This document shows positions 40,701 to 49,655 of a DNA stretch of 64,000 nucleotides, piece by piece. The translations under genes and the position numbers were made by a program. The notes under the pieces are model-generated. The model was not told the origin of the DNA. It did not search any database and saw only the letters and a program-made list of their open reading frames with translations. This DNA comes from Treponema sp. (lineage in GTDB: Bacteria > Spirochaetota > Spirochaetia > Treponematales > Treponemataceae), in the NCBI GenBank assembly GCA_024402595.1, contig JAKSTL010000002.1, positions 15,964 to 79,963 on the forward strand, given 5' to 3'. Each line of letters begins with the position of its first letter. Within the stretch, counting starts at the first letter, position 1.

Positions 40701-40959
40701 AATTATAAGACTGACTTTCTATGCTTTTAAAATGAGGCAAAGTTACAAAGTTCTCCTCTAGGATTTTTGTAACATCCTGTTCTACATCTTCAGCACTAGC
40801 TCCAGGATATACAGTAATAACAATAGCCTGAGGCATTGTAATATCTACCATAAACTCTGTAGACATATCCGCAAGAGAATAAAAACCAAAAACAGCAAGA
40901 ACAATAAGAATAATAGAAATAATTACTGGATGCTTTACAGAAAACTCAGATATCTTCAA
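37732..40959 (-). CDS. RND efflux transporter permease (AcrB family)
   Basis: YPGASAEDVEQDVT, GMVVDGS, GIVVNNGIILVD, RIKPILITTLTT; 1075 aa. Confidence 0.95.
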   Translation of the reverse strand: MKISEFSVKHPVIISIILIVLAVFGFYSLADMSTEFMVDITMPQAIVITVYPGASAEDVEQDVTKILEENFVTLPHFKSIESQSYNSLSWITVTYADGYDAYDQLVELRNRVSQLVDDLPEGIQGMPTAIVGGMSMIPVIAFSIEAGQDAGRVTKFIKNELTPRLTQIDGVSEVQIEGEKELEVDIKLNVDELTSKGISVSTIYQVLNYGNVTLPLGNAAYENRQIQVRYSGGFNSIEDIEQLPVGVADGKNIIHLGDVATVSLCYPEEKVYVTDGTNPITIVSITKRNDGDTVKICSKVKKTLSQIEKETYGAVKFHIISDDSRQVRASLKTVIMSGIMGVIFAVLVIFLFLADWRATLTISLSIPLCILFSLIGLKLFGISLNLMSLSGLVISLGMVVDGSSVMLDQIYRYYKERKTNGELVYTVNQSIYKGWDEVSASILASAATTIVCYVPIALLSGLIGKILHAVAITIIMAIFASFLVAVVIVPFLLKLLLKEEGPTLRQKPRVFDLVMDKIEAGYRRFLEVALDNKILVVFTAVFLLFFSGFIALRLGVAFIPSTDSGDWYIAMDLPIGTTLEETNKKMQVAEKLLYKYVPEIDNVVFYVGRSNTKGISSQAVPESAYAHVVLVPVAERKRNVHEIMFQMQEIWAAVVPDSKITVANGGFDKLVSYVSGGGGYGLTLISEDMDTLYKTASDLRDFLADDPDVVTARLDTDFDTSTMIIDMSQEYLSSLGITSYEAGITSAILFQGIDAGRYKDADTGERYNIHLSSDIVDGNISPDTISNVHIVTSNGRNVSFANLSDIKVEKSISQINHSDRAKTITVSATLISENTSGVSSRVNQYLQQNPLPNGVSSKSGGIMALIGDMVKPMLTAIIIAIFLVYIVMALQFERFKQPLLIMMTIPFCFIGVVLGLMLFGSTLNLLSLLGLVSLAGIVVNNGIILVDYINQLRAQRRLELAKERGTQDRDGEWHIQLSRKEESDLLYSCVADGAASRIKPILITTLTTLLGDIPMAIAKGEGAEIYAPMGQAIIGGLITSTLITLVLIPVLYYMTEKRAALRGASPDNANSEVTA

Positions 40960-40983
40960 ATAAAACCTCTAACAATCAAAAAA

Positions 40984-42078
40984 TTAGTATTCTTCCAGAA
41001 CTTTTTCGTATAATTTTACTTTTTGACCATCAAATACAAAGTTCTGCCCGTCAATCACAAACCAGTTATCTGCAAATTGCTCTGGAACAACAAAATATTC
41101 ACCATCACTGGCACCCATAACTTTTTCAGATGAAATAAAATGCACTGTCCCCAATTCCGCATCATAGGTATAAACACTGCCATCCATCTTTTTTGTTTTT
41201 ATTGGCAAAACAGGAACCATTTTATGAACTTTATATGCGACTTGAACTTTTACATACATTCCGGGGCGAAATCTTTCTCCAGGATTATTAAGACGACAAA
41301 CAACTTCAAAAGTTTTACTTTCTGGCGATAAATAAGGCGCTATATTTTCTATAGAAGCACTTGTAACAGCATCTTCATACATACTTTTCTCTGCAGGACG
41401 AGTTACTGTTACCAAAAGATTTTCTTTTTCCAAAGTAAATAAATCAAAATATTTTTCTGGAACTTTAAGACGAACAACCTGATTTGTTAAGTCTGCAAGA
41501 ACTGCCACTGGAGTTCCTTGTGCTCCAATGCTCCCAACCGCCTGATCTGCAATTAAAATAGTTCCATCAACAGGAGCCCGAACTTCTGTATAACCCATTT
41601 GAAGTTTTGCTAAATCGAACTGGGCTGTAGATGCGTCATATTGTGCACGAGCTGTATCATAATTCTGTTGAGTTGTTGCGCCGGATTTAAATAGGCTTTC
41701 TACTCGTTCAAAAGTGCTTTTTGCGGCAAAATAGGAAGCCTGTGCCTGAAGCATCTGTTGACGAAAAGGTTCATCATCAATTTTTGCAAGAAGGGTATCT
41801 TTTTTTACAAAATCCCCAGCTTTTGCAGAATATTCCATAATAGTTCCAGAAACGAAAGGTACCACAGGAATCATAGCCGTTGCTTCTACATAACCACTAA
41901 TAGTTACCGCTTCAATCAGATTCTGGCGAACAGGTTTTTGAATAACCACAGAAGGTAAAGTATCTTCTTTTTCTTCCACCGGCTTCTTTTTTGTTACAAG
42001 AATAGTCAAAAAAACAAAAAGAGCGGCCACCACCAAAAAAATTGCTAATTTCAAAAAACGCTTTAAGATCTTGTTCAT
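40984..42078 (-). CDS. RND membrane fusion protein
   Basis: N-terminal TM, VSGTI...GDFVKK..LL, EVRAPVDG, FRPGMYV. Confidence 0.93.
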   Translation of the reverse strand: MNKILKRFLKLAIFLVVAALFVFLTILVTKKKPVEEKEDTLPSVVIQKPVRQNLIEAVTISGYVEATAMIPVVPFVSGTIMEYSAKAGDFVKKDTLLAKIDDEPFRQQMLQAQASYFAAKSTFERVESLFKSGATTQQNYDTARAQYDASTAQFDLAKLQMGYTEVRAPVDGTILIADQAVGSIGAQGTPVAVLADLTNQVVRLKVPEKYFDLFTLEKENLLVTVTRPAEKSMYEDAVTSASIENIAPYLSPESKTFEVVCRLNNPGERFRPGMYVKVQVAYKVHKMVPVLPIKTKKMDGSVYTYDAELGTVHFISSEKVMGASDGEYFVVPEQFADNWFVIDGQNFVFDGQKVKLYEKVLEEY

Positions 42079-42117
42079 TTGTGATTAGACTTTATTTATA
42101 TTCAACATAAAATACAA

Positions 42118-42141
42118 TAGACAAAAAAAATCTTTTGTCTA
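42118..42141. promoter_or_regulatory. Probable TetR operator overlapping the divergent promoters
   Basis: Palindrome TAGACAAAA-N6-TTTTGTCTA between the RND operon and the divergent tetR. It covers candidate -35 boxes on both strands. Confidence 0.7.
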
Positions 42142-42153
42142 ATAATTTTACTT

Positions 42154-42741
42154 ATGAACAATGATATACATTCTGTAGAAACTAAAATCAAAATGGGAAG
42201 CGCCCTTAAAGAATTAATTAAAACTAAGAGTTTTCAGAAAATTACTGTGGGCGATGTGGTTGCTTTTTGTGAAATAAACAGGAACACCTTTTACTACCAT
42301 TTTGAAAATATGTACGATTTGCTTTATTGGACTTATGAGCAGGAAATTAAAAATATTCTCGATAATTATCAGTCGGCAGAAGCTAACATTCTTCAAGCCT
42401 TTGATTTTATTTTGTCATATATAGATTCTAACATTCTGCTTTGTCAAACTGCCTACGAATCTTTGGGAGAAAATGAATTAAAAAATATGCTGGACAGGGA
42501 TTTAAAGCTGTTTGTGGCAAGTTCCATCAATTTTATTCTTGAAAACAATAAAAAAGCTATAAGCGAAGATTTTCGGAACTTTTTGATTTTTAATTTTACA
42601 ACTATGCTGGGCGGACAAATTGTTTGGTATATAAAATACAATGAACAACTGGATAAAGCCAAGTTTTTAGACTATATCCAGATTGCATTGTTTGGTTCTC
42701 TGGAGGCTACCATTTTGGAAGCCAGCAAAAAGAACTTATAA
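42154..42741 (+). CDS. TetR/AcrR family regulator (DhaS/TetR_C_8-like)
   Basis: FQKITVGDVVAFCEINRNTFYYHFENMYDL HTH, divergent from the RND operon. Confidence 0.93.
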   Translation: MNNDIHSVETKIKMGSALKELIKTKSFQKITVGDVVAFCEINRNTFYYHFENMYDLLYWTYEQEIKNILDNYQSAEANILQAFDFILSYIDSNILLCQTAYESLGENELKNMLDRDLKLFVASSINFILENNKKAISEDFRNFLIFNFTTMLGGQIVWYIKYNEQLDKAKFLDYIQIALFGSLEATILEASKKNL

Positions 42742-42747
42742 ATGTTT

Positions 42748-43404
42748 TTACAAAAGATTTTTCTTACCCCAGTTCTGAATTAAATCTTTTGGCTCTTTAC
42801 TCAATAAAGCTTTCACCAACAAAAGATTAGTCTGACTGAAAACATTTTGCATTATTTCCTGCTGTTCTGTAGAAAATCTGCTTAAAACATAATCTGCTAC
42901 ACCAATTTTGTCGTTATCTGGACGACCAATTCCAAAACGAAGCCGCCAGAAATCTGGTGTATTCAAAACTGCTTTTGTAGAACGAAGCCCATTATGTCCA
43001 CCAAGACCTCCGCTCCATTTTAAGCTTACAAAGCCTGGTGCCAACTCCAGTTCATCGTGGACAACCATTATTTCTTCCGGCTTTATTTTATAAAAGTTTG
43101 CCACTTCTATAATGCTATCCCCACTTAAGTTCATATAAGTCATTGGCTTTAGAAAATAAATGTGAGATGGCGCTTCTTCTGGAACTATAACTGGTGAACC
43201 ATCTTTTTTTGAACAGATTTTTGCATCACAAGCCCACTGAGCTAATTCAGCAGGAGAAAAAACTGCTATTTCTCCTTTAAACTTGCTCTGCCAGCTTAAT
43301 TTGTTTGCAAAAGGCAAAGAATCTTCAAAATACCAGGCAACATTATGACGGGTTTTTTCGTATTCTCTGCCGTAATTTCCTAAAAATGCTACAAGCTTAA
43401 TCAT
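42748..43404 (-). CDS. pth: Peptidyl-tRNA hydrolase
   Basis: LGNYG..YEKTRHN, KPMTYMNLSG, VVHDEL, GGHNGLRS, RLRFGIGRP. Confidence 0.97.
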   Translation of the reverse strand: MIKLVAFLGNYGREYEKTRHNVAWYFEDSLPFANKLSWQSKFKGEIAVFSPAELAQWACDAKICSKKDGSPVIVPEEAPSHIYFLKPMTYMNLSGDSIIEVANFYKIKPEEIMVVHDELELAPGFVSLKWSGGLGGHNGLRSTKAVLNTPDFWRLRFGIGRPDNDKIGVADYVLSRFSTEQQEIMQNVFSQTNLLLVKALLSKEPKDLIQNWGKKNLL

Positions 43405-44309
43405 TTTGCCAAATCTTCTGGAGCTTTTTGATATTTTGTTACCGAATAGCCAGCAATATCAAAAGGATAAGGTGTTTCAGAATAAATACCATAATAAGTA
43501 TCTTTTTCTTCACCAATAATTTTGTAGATTTCAAGTTTTACAGTTTTTGAACCAACTCTAATTTCAAGAACTCTATCTTTTTCTCCGCCTAAAACTGCAT
43601 TTTCTTCGTGCCATTTTGTAGTCATAAGAGCGGCAAGTCCATTAAAGAACTCTGTGGCCTTACTAGAATCAAGTTCAACATCTGCCCCGGAAATAGCCCA
43701 AGTAAGATTTTCGCCAGTACCTGTTCTTGAAATTGTCCAGTTTCTTCCACTTGCTTCTGTAACAAAAACCGAAGTAATATCATTCTTTTCCAAATCAATT
43801 ACAGCACGGCTTCTAATGTCTTCAACCGATTTATCGAAAACTACACGAAGATTGTCAGAAATAAGGAAAATGTCATCGCCACCATCAATTGTTGCATAAC
43901 ACTGTGTTCCAGTTGAACTTTCCTTACCAAGAGCAATTGTTCTAAGAACTTTTCCCTTAGATTTTAAAGTAACTGTAATCTTTTTTCCGTCTACAAGTTC
44001 ATATCTCTGGGCTGTAGTTTCGTTTGTAACTTTTCCCATTTTATCAATTGCGGTAATTTCAGAAACATCTTCGAGGAAATTGTTTATGATGCTCATTGTG
44101 GCAAGATATTTCTTTTCGCCTACAAACCATTCGTCATTTTCTTTTACAATGGAATAATTTCCCTGTGATGTTTCCATAATAATTTCATCAGGCTGGGCAT
44201 CATATTTATAAGTTTTTACCGTTGTTCTGGAACTTAAAACTCCCTGAACAATACAAACCGCAAGAAGAATAACATCAACTGCAATTAAAATAATTTTTCT
44301 AGTTTTCAT
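43401..44309 (-). CDS. DUF4340 domain protein
   Basis: Start at MKTRK, 1 bp after the gldG-like stop. N-terminal TM and two repeated domains. Usual fourth gene of GldAFG-like operons. Confidence 0.8.
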   Translation of the reverse strand: MKTRKIILIAVDVILLAVCIVQGVLSSRTTVKTYKYDAQPDEIIMETSQGNYSIVKENDEWFVGEKKYLATMSIINNFLEDVSEITAIDKMGKVTNETTAQRYELVDGKKITVTLKSKGKVLRTIALGKESSTGTQCYATIDGGDDIFLISDNLRVVFDKSVEDIRSRAVIDLEKNDITSVFVTEASGRNWTISRTGTGENLTWAISGADVELDSSKATEFFNGLAALMTTKWHEENAVLGGEKDRVLEIRVGSKTVKLEIYKIIGEEKDTYYGIYSETPYPFDIAGYSVTKYQKAPEDLAK

Positions 44310-44310
44310 A

Positions 44311-46443
44311 TTAGTTTTCCTCTTCTTTTGTTTCCTTTTTAGCTTTAGTTGGCTTAAAACGAGTATCATCAGGATTATACTTTCTATTGATTCTAACTCT
44401 TCGTTTTGATCTTAATCGCCATACAATAAATCCTGCTATTGCTACAAGAACAGCTAGACCATATTCATTAAAATACTGAACAAGCTTAGCGGCAGTCTGT
44501 GATTTTACAGTTAAAGTATTCAAAGAAAGTCCCTTTGTACGCATTACACAAAGTTCTTCGTTACCATTTAAATAATCCACAACATTCATCATGAACATAG
44601 CCACAGGACTTGTACCTTTTTCATCCAAAACCTGATATGTAGTAATATAAGATGTACCTGCCACAAAGATTTTTCCAGGAAGCTTACTCTTTGAAATGTG
44701 ATTGTTTGCAGTAATATCGCCATCCATTTTCATTGGTCTAGCAATTGGATTTCCATCTTCATCTTCTTCATCCTCGTCATATTCTGGTTCAGGAGCTTCA
44801 TCAAAGGCACTTTCAAACTTACCTTCCAAAAGAACAGCCATATTTTCAGACTTAAATACAGAAGGATCACTTGGTTCGGAAATCATCATTGGGTTAAGAA
44901 GAGTGTCTTCTTTGTCTACTACCCAAGATTTGTCTGAAGAACGGGCAAGAATTGTTACATTTACATCTTTGTTTGCCTGAGCTGCACTTACATCAAGGGT
45001 CGAGTTCTGGAGCATAACAACATAGCCAAGATTATTTGTAATTGGATGATTTTTTGCCAGTCGGTCTTTTTGCAAAATTGGTGCCCAGTAAAGATTGAGT
45101 TTTCCATACTGCTGATTTACCTGAGAATAACATTCTTTGTCCATTACAAAGTTTTTACCTCGTTCAACACCATATTTTGAAAGAAGTCTGTCTATGTTTA
45201 TATTGTTTTTCTGATACTGTGGAGTTCCTGTGTAATATGAAGCAGAACCTGTTGTGTTCATACCATCAATCAAGAACATGGCATTTCCACCTTTCATAAT
45301 GAACTGGTCAACCTTATACAATTCTTCTTCTGTATAGTCAAACTGAGGCCCATTTATAACAATACAAGTCATATTGGCTGGAATATCCTGTTCTGCTAAA
45401 TCCAATTCCACAAGTCTGTACATACCAGAAACCAATTTGTCAAAGTTAGCAGCGTATTTTGCTTCATCAAGAGGAAGTTCATTGTGTCCAAGAATATAAC
45501 CAATTTCTGTAGGCTTAGAAAGCAATGTCTGAATGTTTTCTTTAATTGAAACTTCTACATCTTCAAGACCAGATACCATATAACCAAAAATTGACTGCTG
45601 AACCTGAATTGGAAGAACTCGGAAGTTTTCACCTTTTTCAATAAGAACACCAAGAACTCCAGTTTCACGTTTTCCATTGGCAGAATAAGACAAACCTTGC
45701 AATGCATAGCGGTCAATTAAATCTGAAACTTCGTCGGCTTTTGGATGAATAATTGTATATTCAAGACGATTCTGTGACTGATTATTTACATTTCTGTATG
45801 CGGTTTCCACAATGGATTCCATCTGTTCAACACCATCAATGCGCAGATTTTTAAGTGCTTCTGACAAATAAACTGTTACTTTAATTTTTTCGTCACCTTT
45901 AAGACCTGCCAAAGAATCGGCTTCGTTTATCATTTTGGAAATTGTTGAAGTAAGTTTATATTCAAAACCATCTGTAGAACTGATTGGGTCAATTAATTCC
46001 ACGGAACCGCCATAAGAAATAACAACTCCCATATAAGACTGTTTAAAACCAACTTCGTTATTTTTTACTTCCTGAATCTGTACCTGGTGCAAACCAAAAT
46101 CTCTGGCCAACTGAACATTTGAGTCTTTTGAAACATCCATAAAATAGAGAGAAAAGTTATTGTTTGCAGCATTTTTATATTCTTCAAGAAAATCTTCTAC
46201 ATACTGAGCAACACTGTTATATGGAGAAGGAAGATTTTTATCAAAGAAAACTCTGACAGAAAGTGGTTCTTCCAGATTTTTTACAATATCAACACTGGCT
46301 TTTGAAAGTGAATATGATTTTGGCTTTGTTAAATCTATTCTGAAATAAGCATTTTTGCCAAAAATATTTAATAAAACCAATAAAACTAAAAACAAAAGGA
46401 AATCACTAGATGGACCTTTTAACCAATTTAAAAACTTCTTCAT
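44311..46443 (-). CDS. GldG-family ABC transporter auxiliary protein
   Basis: RIDLTKPKSYSLS, FEYKLTSTI, GHNE, DQFIMKGG, NVVDYL. Confidence 0.9.
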   Translation of the reverse strand: MKKFLNWLKGPSSDFLLFLVLLVLLNIFGKNAYFRIDLTKPKSYSLSKASVDIVKNLEEPLSVRVFFDKNLPSPYNSVAQYVEDFLEEYKNAANNNFSLYFMDVSKDSNVQLARDFGLHQVQIQEVKNNEVGFKQSYMGVVISYGGSVELIDPISSTDGFEYKLTSTISKMINEADSLAGLKGDEKIKVTVYLSEALKNLRIDGVEQMESIVETAYRNVNNQSQNRLEYTIIHPKADEVSDLIDRYALQGLSYSANGKRETGVLGVLIEKGENFRVLPIQVQQSIFGYMVSGLEDVEVSIKENIQTLLSKPTEIGYILGHNELPLDEAKYAANFDKLVSGMYRLVELDLAEQDIPANMTCIVINGPQFDYTEEELYKVDQFIMKGGNAMFLIDGMNTTGSASYYTGTPQYQKNNINIDRLLSKYGVERGKNFVMDKECYSQVNQQYGKLNLYWAPILQKDRLAKNHPITNNLGYVVMLQNSTLDVSAAQANKDVNVTILARSSDKSWVVDKEDTLLNPMMISEPSDPSVFKSENMAVLLEGKFESAFDEAPEPEYDEDEEDEDGNPIARPMKMDGDITANNHISKSKLPGKIFVAGTSYITTYQVLDEKGTSPVAMFMMNVVDYLNGNEELCVMRTKGLSLNTLTVKSQTAAKLVQYFNEYGLAVLVAIAGFIVWRLRSKRRVRINRKYNPDDTRFKPTKAKKETKEEEN

Positions 46444-46464
46444 TTGTAATAACCTCCTTTATTC

Positions 46465-47190
46465 CTAGTTTTTTGCACTCTGCTGAACTTTTACAGTCAA
46501 AACAAAGAACAAAGCGGCAAGAGAAATAAAATAAAGCAAATCTCTTGAATCAATAATTCCTTTTTCAATTGAACTAAAATGTACATTTGCAGAAAGGAAT
46601 GAAAGTGCAGAAACTACAGGAGCTGGGAACAAAATCAGGAAAGTATCAATCATTGTAAGAACAATACAGATAATAAAACCAACAAAGAAGGAAATAATCT
46701 GATTTTTTGTAATAGATGATGCAAAAAGTCCTATTGCGGCAAAACATGCACACAAGAAAACTGCACCAAGGTATCCGCCAACGATTGGACCATAATCTGG
46801 TGTACCAAATATTTCTGCAGCAAGAACAAAGAACAAAGTTGGAGCCAGCATTACAAGAGTTTCAATAAAAACTGCAAGATATTTTCCTGCAACTACATTT
46901 GTTTCTGTAATTGGCAATGTCATTAATGTTTCGATAGAACCAACTCTTTTTTCTTCTGAGAAAACACGCATTGTTAATGCAGGAATAAAAAATGACAGTA
47001 AAATTGGAAGCAATGCAAAATAATTTCTAAGTTCAGCTCTGTTCTGCAAGAAAAATGTTGAAAAGAACATAAAGCCAGAAATTATTAAAAATAAAGCTGT
47101 AACAATATAAGCAATTGGACCTGAAAAATATGATTTCAGTTCTCGCTTCATAATGATTATAGCGGGATTTTTCTGTTTTTTATTGCTCAT
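46465..47190 (-). CDS. GldF-like ABC-2 permease
   Basis: KRELKSYFSGPIAY, PALTMRVFSEEKRVGSIETLMTLP, GIIDSRDLLYF. Confidence 0.92.
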   Translation of the reverse strand: MSNKKQKNPAIIIMKRELKSYFSGPIAYIVTALFLIISGFMFFSTFFLQNRAELRNYFALLPILLSFFIPALTMRVFSEEKRVGSIETLMTLPITETNVVAGKYLAVFIETLVMLAPTLFFVLAAEIFGTPDYGPIVGGYLGAVFLCACFAAIGLFASSITKNQIISFFVGFIICIVLTMIDTFLILFPAPVVSALSFLSANVHFSSIEKGIIDSRDLLYFISLAALFFVLTVKVQQSAKN

Positions 47191-47191
47191 T

Positions 47192-48148
47192 TTATTTTAC
47201 CTCCTCTTTTTCGCTGGAAGCAGTTACGGCGTGGAATACATCTTCCAAACTGTTTCTCTGCATTGAAAGTTCATATAAAGCAAAGCCTTTTTCTGTAAGA
47301 ACTTTACAAACTGCTGGTCTTACTTCTGCAGTACCGTTTACTGAAATATGAAGTTTTACAGCGCCTTCTACAGATGTGGTTTCTTCTGTAGTTTTTGTAA
47401 CATTATCAACGCCTTCTACAGTTTTTATGGCAGAACAAATATCGTCGATTGAACCACCGCCAACTGTTACATTTACAGAAACTTCGTGTCCAAATCTTTC
47501 TTTTAATTCTTCAATTGGACTGTCGGCAACAACTTTTCCACCAGAAATAATAATTGCTCGGGAACAAATTGTTTCTACTTCGCTTAAGATGTGGGTTGAA
47601 ATAATAACTGTTCTTGTTTTACCAATTTCTCGAATAATGCTTCTAACATCTTCTACCTGATTTGGGTCAAGACCTGAAGTTGGTTCATCAAGAATTAAGA
47701 TTTCTGGGTCGTGCATAAGGGCATGTGCTAAAGAAACTCGCTGACGATTACCTCGGGAAAGTTCTGCAATGTTTTTACTCATAACCTCTTTAAGGCCACA
47801 TTCGGCACAAAGGGCTGGAACTTTTACAGCAGGATCTTCTCCGTGTATTTCTGCAATATATTTTAAATAATCTTCAACAATCATATCTCCGTATAAAGGA
47901 GCAGATTCTGGCATATATCCAATTTTCTTTTTTGCTTCTACAGGATTATCTGCAATATTAACACCATCAATTAAAACGCTTCCATCTGATGGAGATAAGT
48001 ATCCTGTTATCATTCGCATTGTTGTAGTTTTACCAGCTCCATTTGGTCCCAAAAGTCCAACAATCTGTCCGGTTGGGATTGAAAAGCTGACATCATTTAC
48101 CGCACTGAAATTCCCAAAATAACGGGAAATGTGGGAAACTTCTATCAT
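47192..48148 (-). CDS. GldA-like ABC transporter ATP-binding protein
   Basis: GPNGAGKT, LSRGNRQR, LDEPTSGLDP, STHILSEV. Start at MIEV after GGAGG. Confidence 0.93.
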   Translation of the reverse strand: MIEVSHISRYFGNFSAVNDVSFSIPTGQIVGLLGPNGAGKTTTMRMITGYLSPSDGSVLIDGVNIADNPVEAKKKIGYMPESAPLYGDMIVEDYLKYIAEIHGEDPAVKVPALCAECGLKEVMSKNIAELSRGNRQRVSLAHALMHDPEILILDEPTSGLDPNQVEDVRSIIREIGKTRTVIISTHILSEVETICSRAIIISGGKVVADSPIEELKERFGHEVSVNVTVGGGSIDDICSAIKTVEGVDNVTKTTEETTSVEGAVKLHISVNGTAEVRPAVCKVLTEKGFALYELSMQRNSLEDVFHAVTASSEKEEVK

Positions 48149-48430
48149 AAGAGACGCCTCCAATTTTTTTTGTATATTACTATAGTATAATAAAAAAATA
48201 TCAAATTGTGAAATAGTTACAGCTTTTATGATGTTTTGAACTTATAATATAGGTGTATTGAATCGCTAACTTTTTTTTGATATATTCTCAATGATTTTAC
48301 GATTAAGATGAACCACTGCTAGAGTCCATGGTGTCCTGCATTACCGGCGACGTTACGACGCACCGCGTATCAACATTTTTCCGTAATTTACACAATTCTT
48401 ATTTCTATTTTTCTCATTTGGAGTTTCGTT

Positions 48431-49531
48431 ATGAACAAGTATGTTAAGCGTTACTTGATTGATGCAATGAGCGGTATGGCTCAGGGACTTTTTGCATCAT
48501 TGTTGATTGGTACCATTATCAAAACTTTGGGACAACAATTGGTTAGACTTTCTGATAATCTGGTGTTTCAGTTTCTTGTAAATGCTGGTAATTTTGCCAC
48601 AGATGCCCATGTGGTTGGTGCGGCTATGGCTATTGGCATTGGATTCTCTATGAATGTGCCTGCTTTGGTGCTTTTTTCCTTGGCAGCAGTTGGTTCCGCG
48701 GCTAATGTTACTGGTGGAGCGGGTGGTCCTTTAGCAGTTTTAATTATTGCTATTATTGCGGCAGAATTGGGAAATCTTGTCAGCAAAAAAACTAAGGTTG
48801 ATATTATTGTTACTCCTGCGGTTACAATTCTTGTGGGAGCACTTTTGACGGTTTTAACTGCAAAATATATTGGTATTGCGGCTAGTTCTGTGGGAAAACT
48901 TGTAGTTTGGGCAACAAAACTACATCCGTTCTGGATGGGAATATTGGTTTCTGTGATTATTGGAATTGCACTTACACTGCCAATTAGTTCTGCAGCTATT
49001 TGTGCGGCTTTTGGATTAACAGGTTTGGCTGGTGGTGCGGCGGTTGCTGGATGTTGCGCACAGATGGTGGGTTTTGCAGTTCTTAGTTTTAAGGAAAATA
49101 AATGGGGCGGAGTTTTATCTCAGGGATTGGGAACTTCTATGCTTCAAATGCCAAATATTATAAAAAATCCTAAAACTTGGATTCCACCAATTTTGACTTC
49201 GGTTATAACTGGACCTATTGCTACCTGTATTTTTAAAATGGAAATGAATGGGGCGGCGGTAAGTTCTGGTATGGGAACTTGTGGTTTGGTTGGTCAAATT
49301 GGTGTAATTTCTGGATGGTTTGAACCTTCAGCTGTGGCAATTGGTCATGGAGCAGTAGCTGTTACTCCTGGCGCTTGGGATTGGATTGGACTTGTTTTAG
49401 TTTGCTTTGTTTTGCCAGCCCTTTTATCTTGGGCGTTTGGTTTACTTTTTAGAAAAATTGGCTGGATTAAAGACGGAGATTTAAGTCTGGGAAAAGTTGA
49501 AAATAAAGCAGAAGAAAAATCTGAAGAATAA
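48431..49531 (+). CDS. PTS EIIC-like (PTS_EIIC_2 / PfoR-type) membrane transporter
   Basis: AMSGMAQGLFASLLIGTI, LTLPISSAA, GCCAQMVGF, QGLGTSMLQMPNI, SGMGTCGLVG. Confidence 0.88.
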   Translation: MNKYVKRYLIDAMSGMAQGLFASLLIGTIIKTLGQQLVRLSDNLVFQFLVNAGNFATDAHVVGAAMAIGIGFSMNVPALVLFSLAAVGSAANVTGGAGGPLAVLIIAIIAAELGNLVSKKTKVDIIVTPAVTILVGALLTVLTAKYIGIAASSVGKLVVWATKLHPFWMGILVSVIIGIALTLPISSAAICAAFGLTGLAGGAAVAGCCAQMVGFAVLSFKENKWGGVLSQGLGTSMLQMPNIIKNPKTWIPPILTSVITGPIATCIFKMEMNGAAVSSGMGTCGLVGQIGVISGWFEPSAVAIGHGAVAVTPGAWDWIGLVLVCFVLPALLSWAFGLLFRKIGWIKDGDLSLGKVENKAEEKSEE

Positions 49532-49655
49532 AATAATGCAAGCAAAAACTGACAGCAGGGGGTGCTAACTCACTTGCCTCTGAGCACTGTATAAAGCTTT
49601 TCTTACAGCGCTCAGAACCTTGCTGACAATAATTGTGTAATAATACAGTAATGTT

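Noticed and set aside
43401-48148. Evidence for gliding motility or a T9SS
   Set aside because: GldAFG-like transporters are widespread, and no motor or translocon genes are in the window.
48340-48372. T-box antiterminator in the EIIC-like leader
   Set aside because: Only CACCGCG matches. The TGGN bulge and a downstream terminator are missing.
49553-49625. Second TPP riboswitch (GGGGTGC...CTGAG)
   Set aside because: It lacks the ATACCC, ACCTGA and TAATGC..GCG motifs and lies between convergent gene ends.
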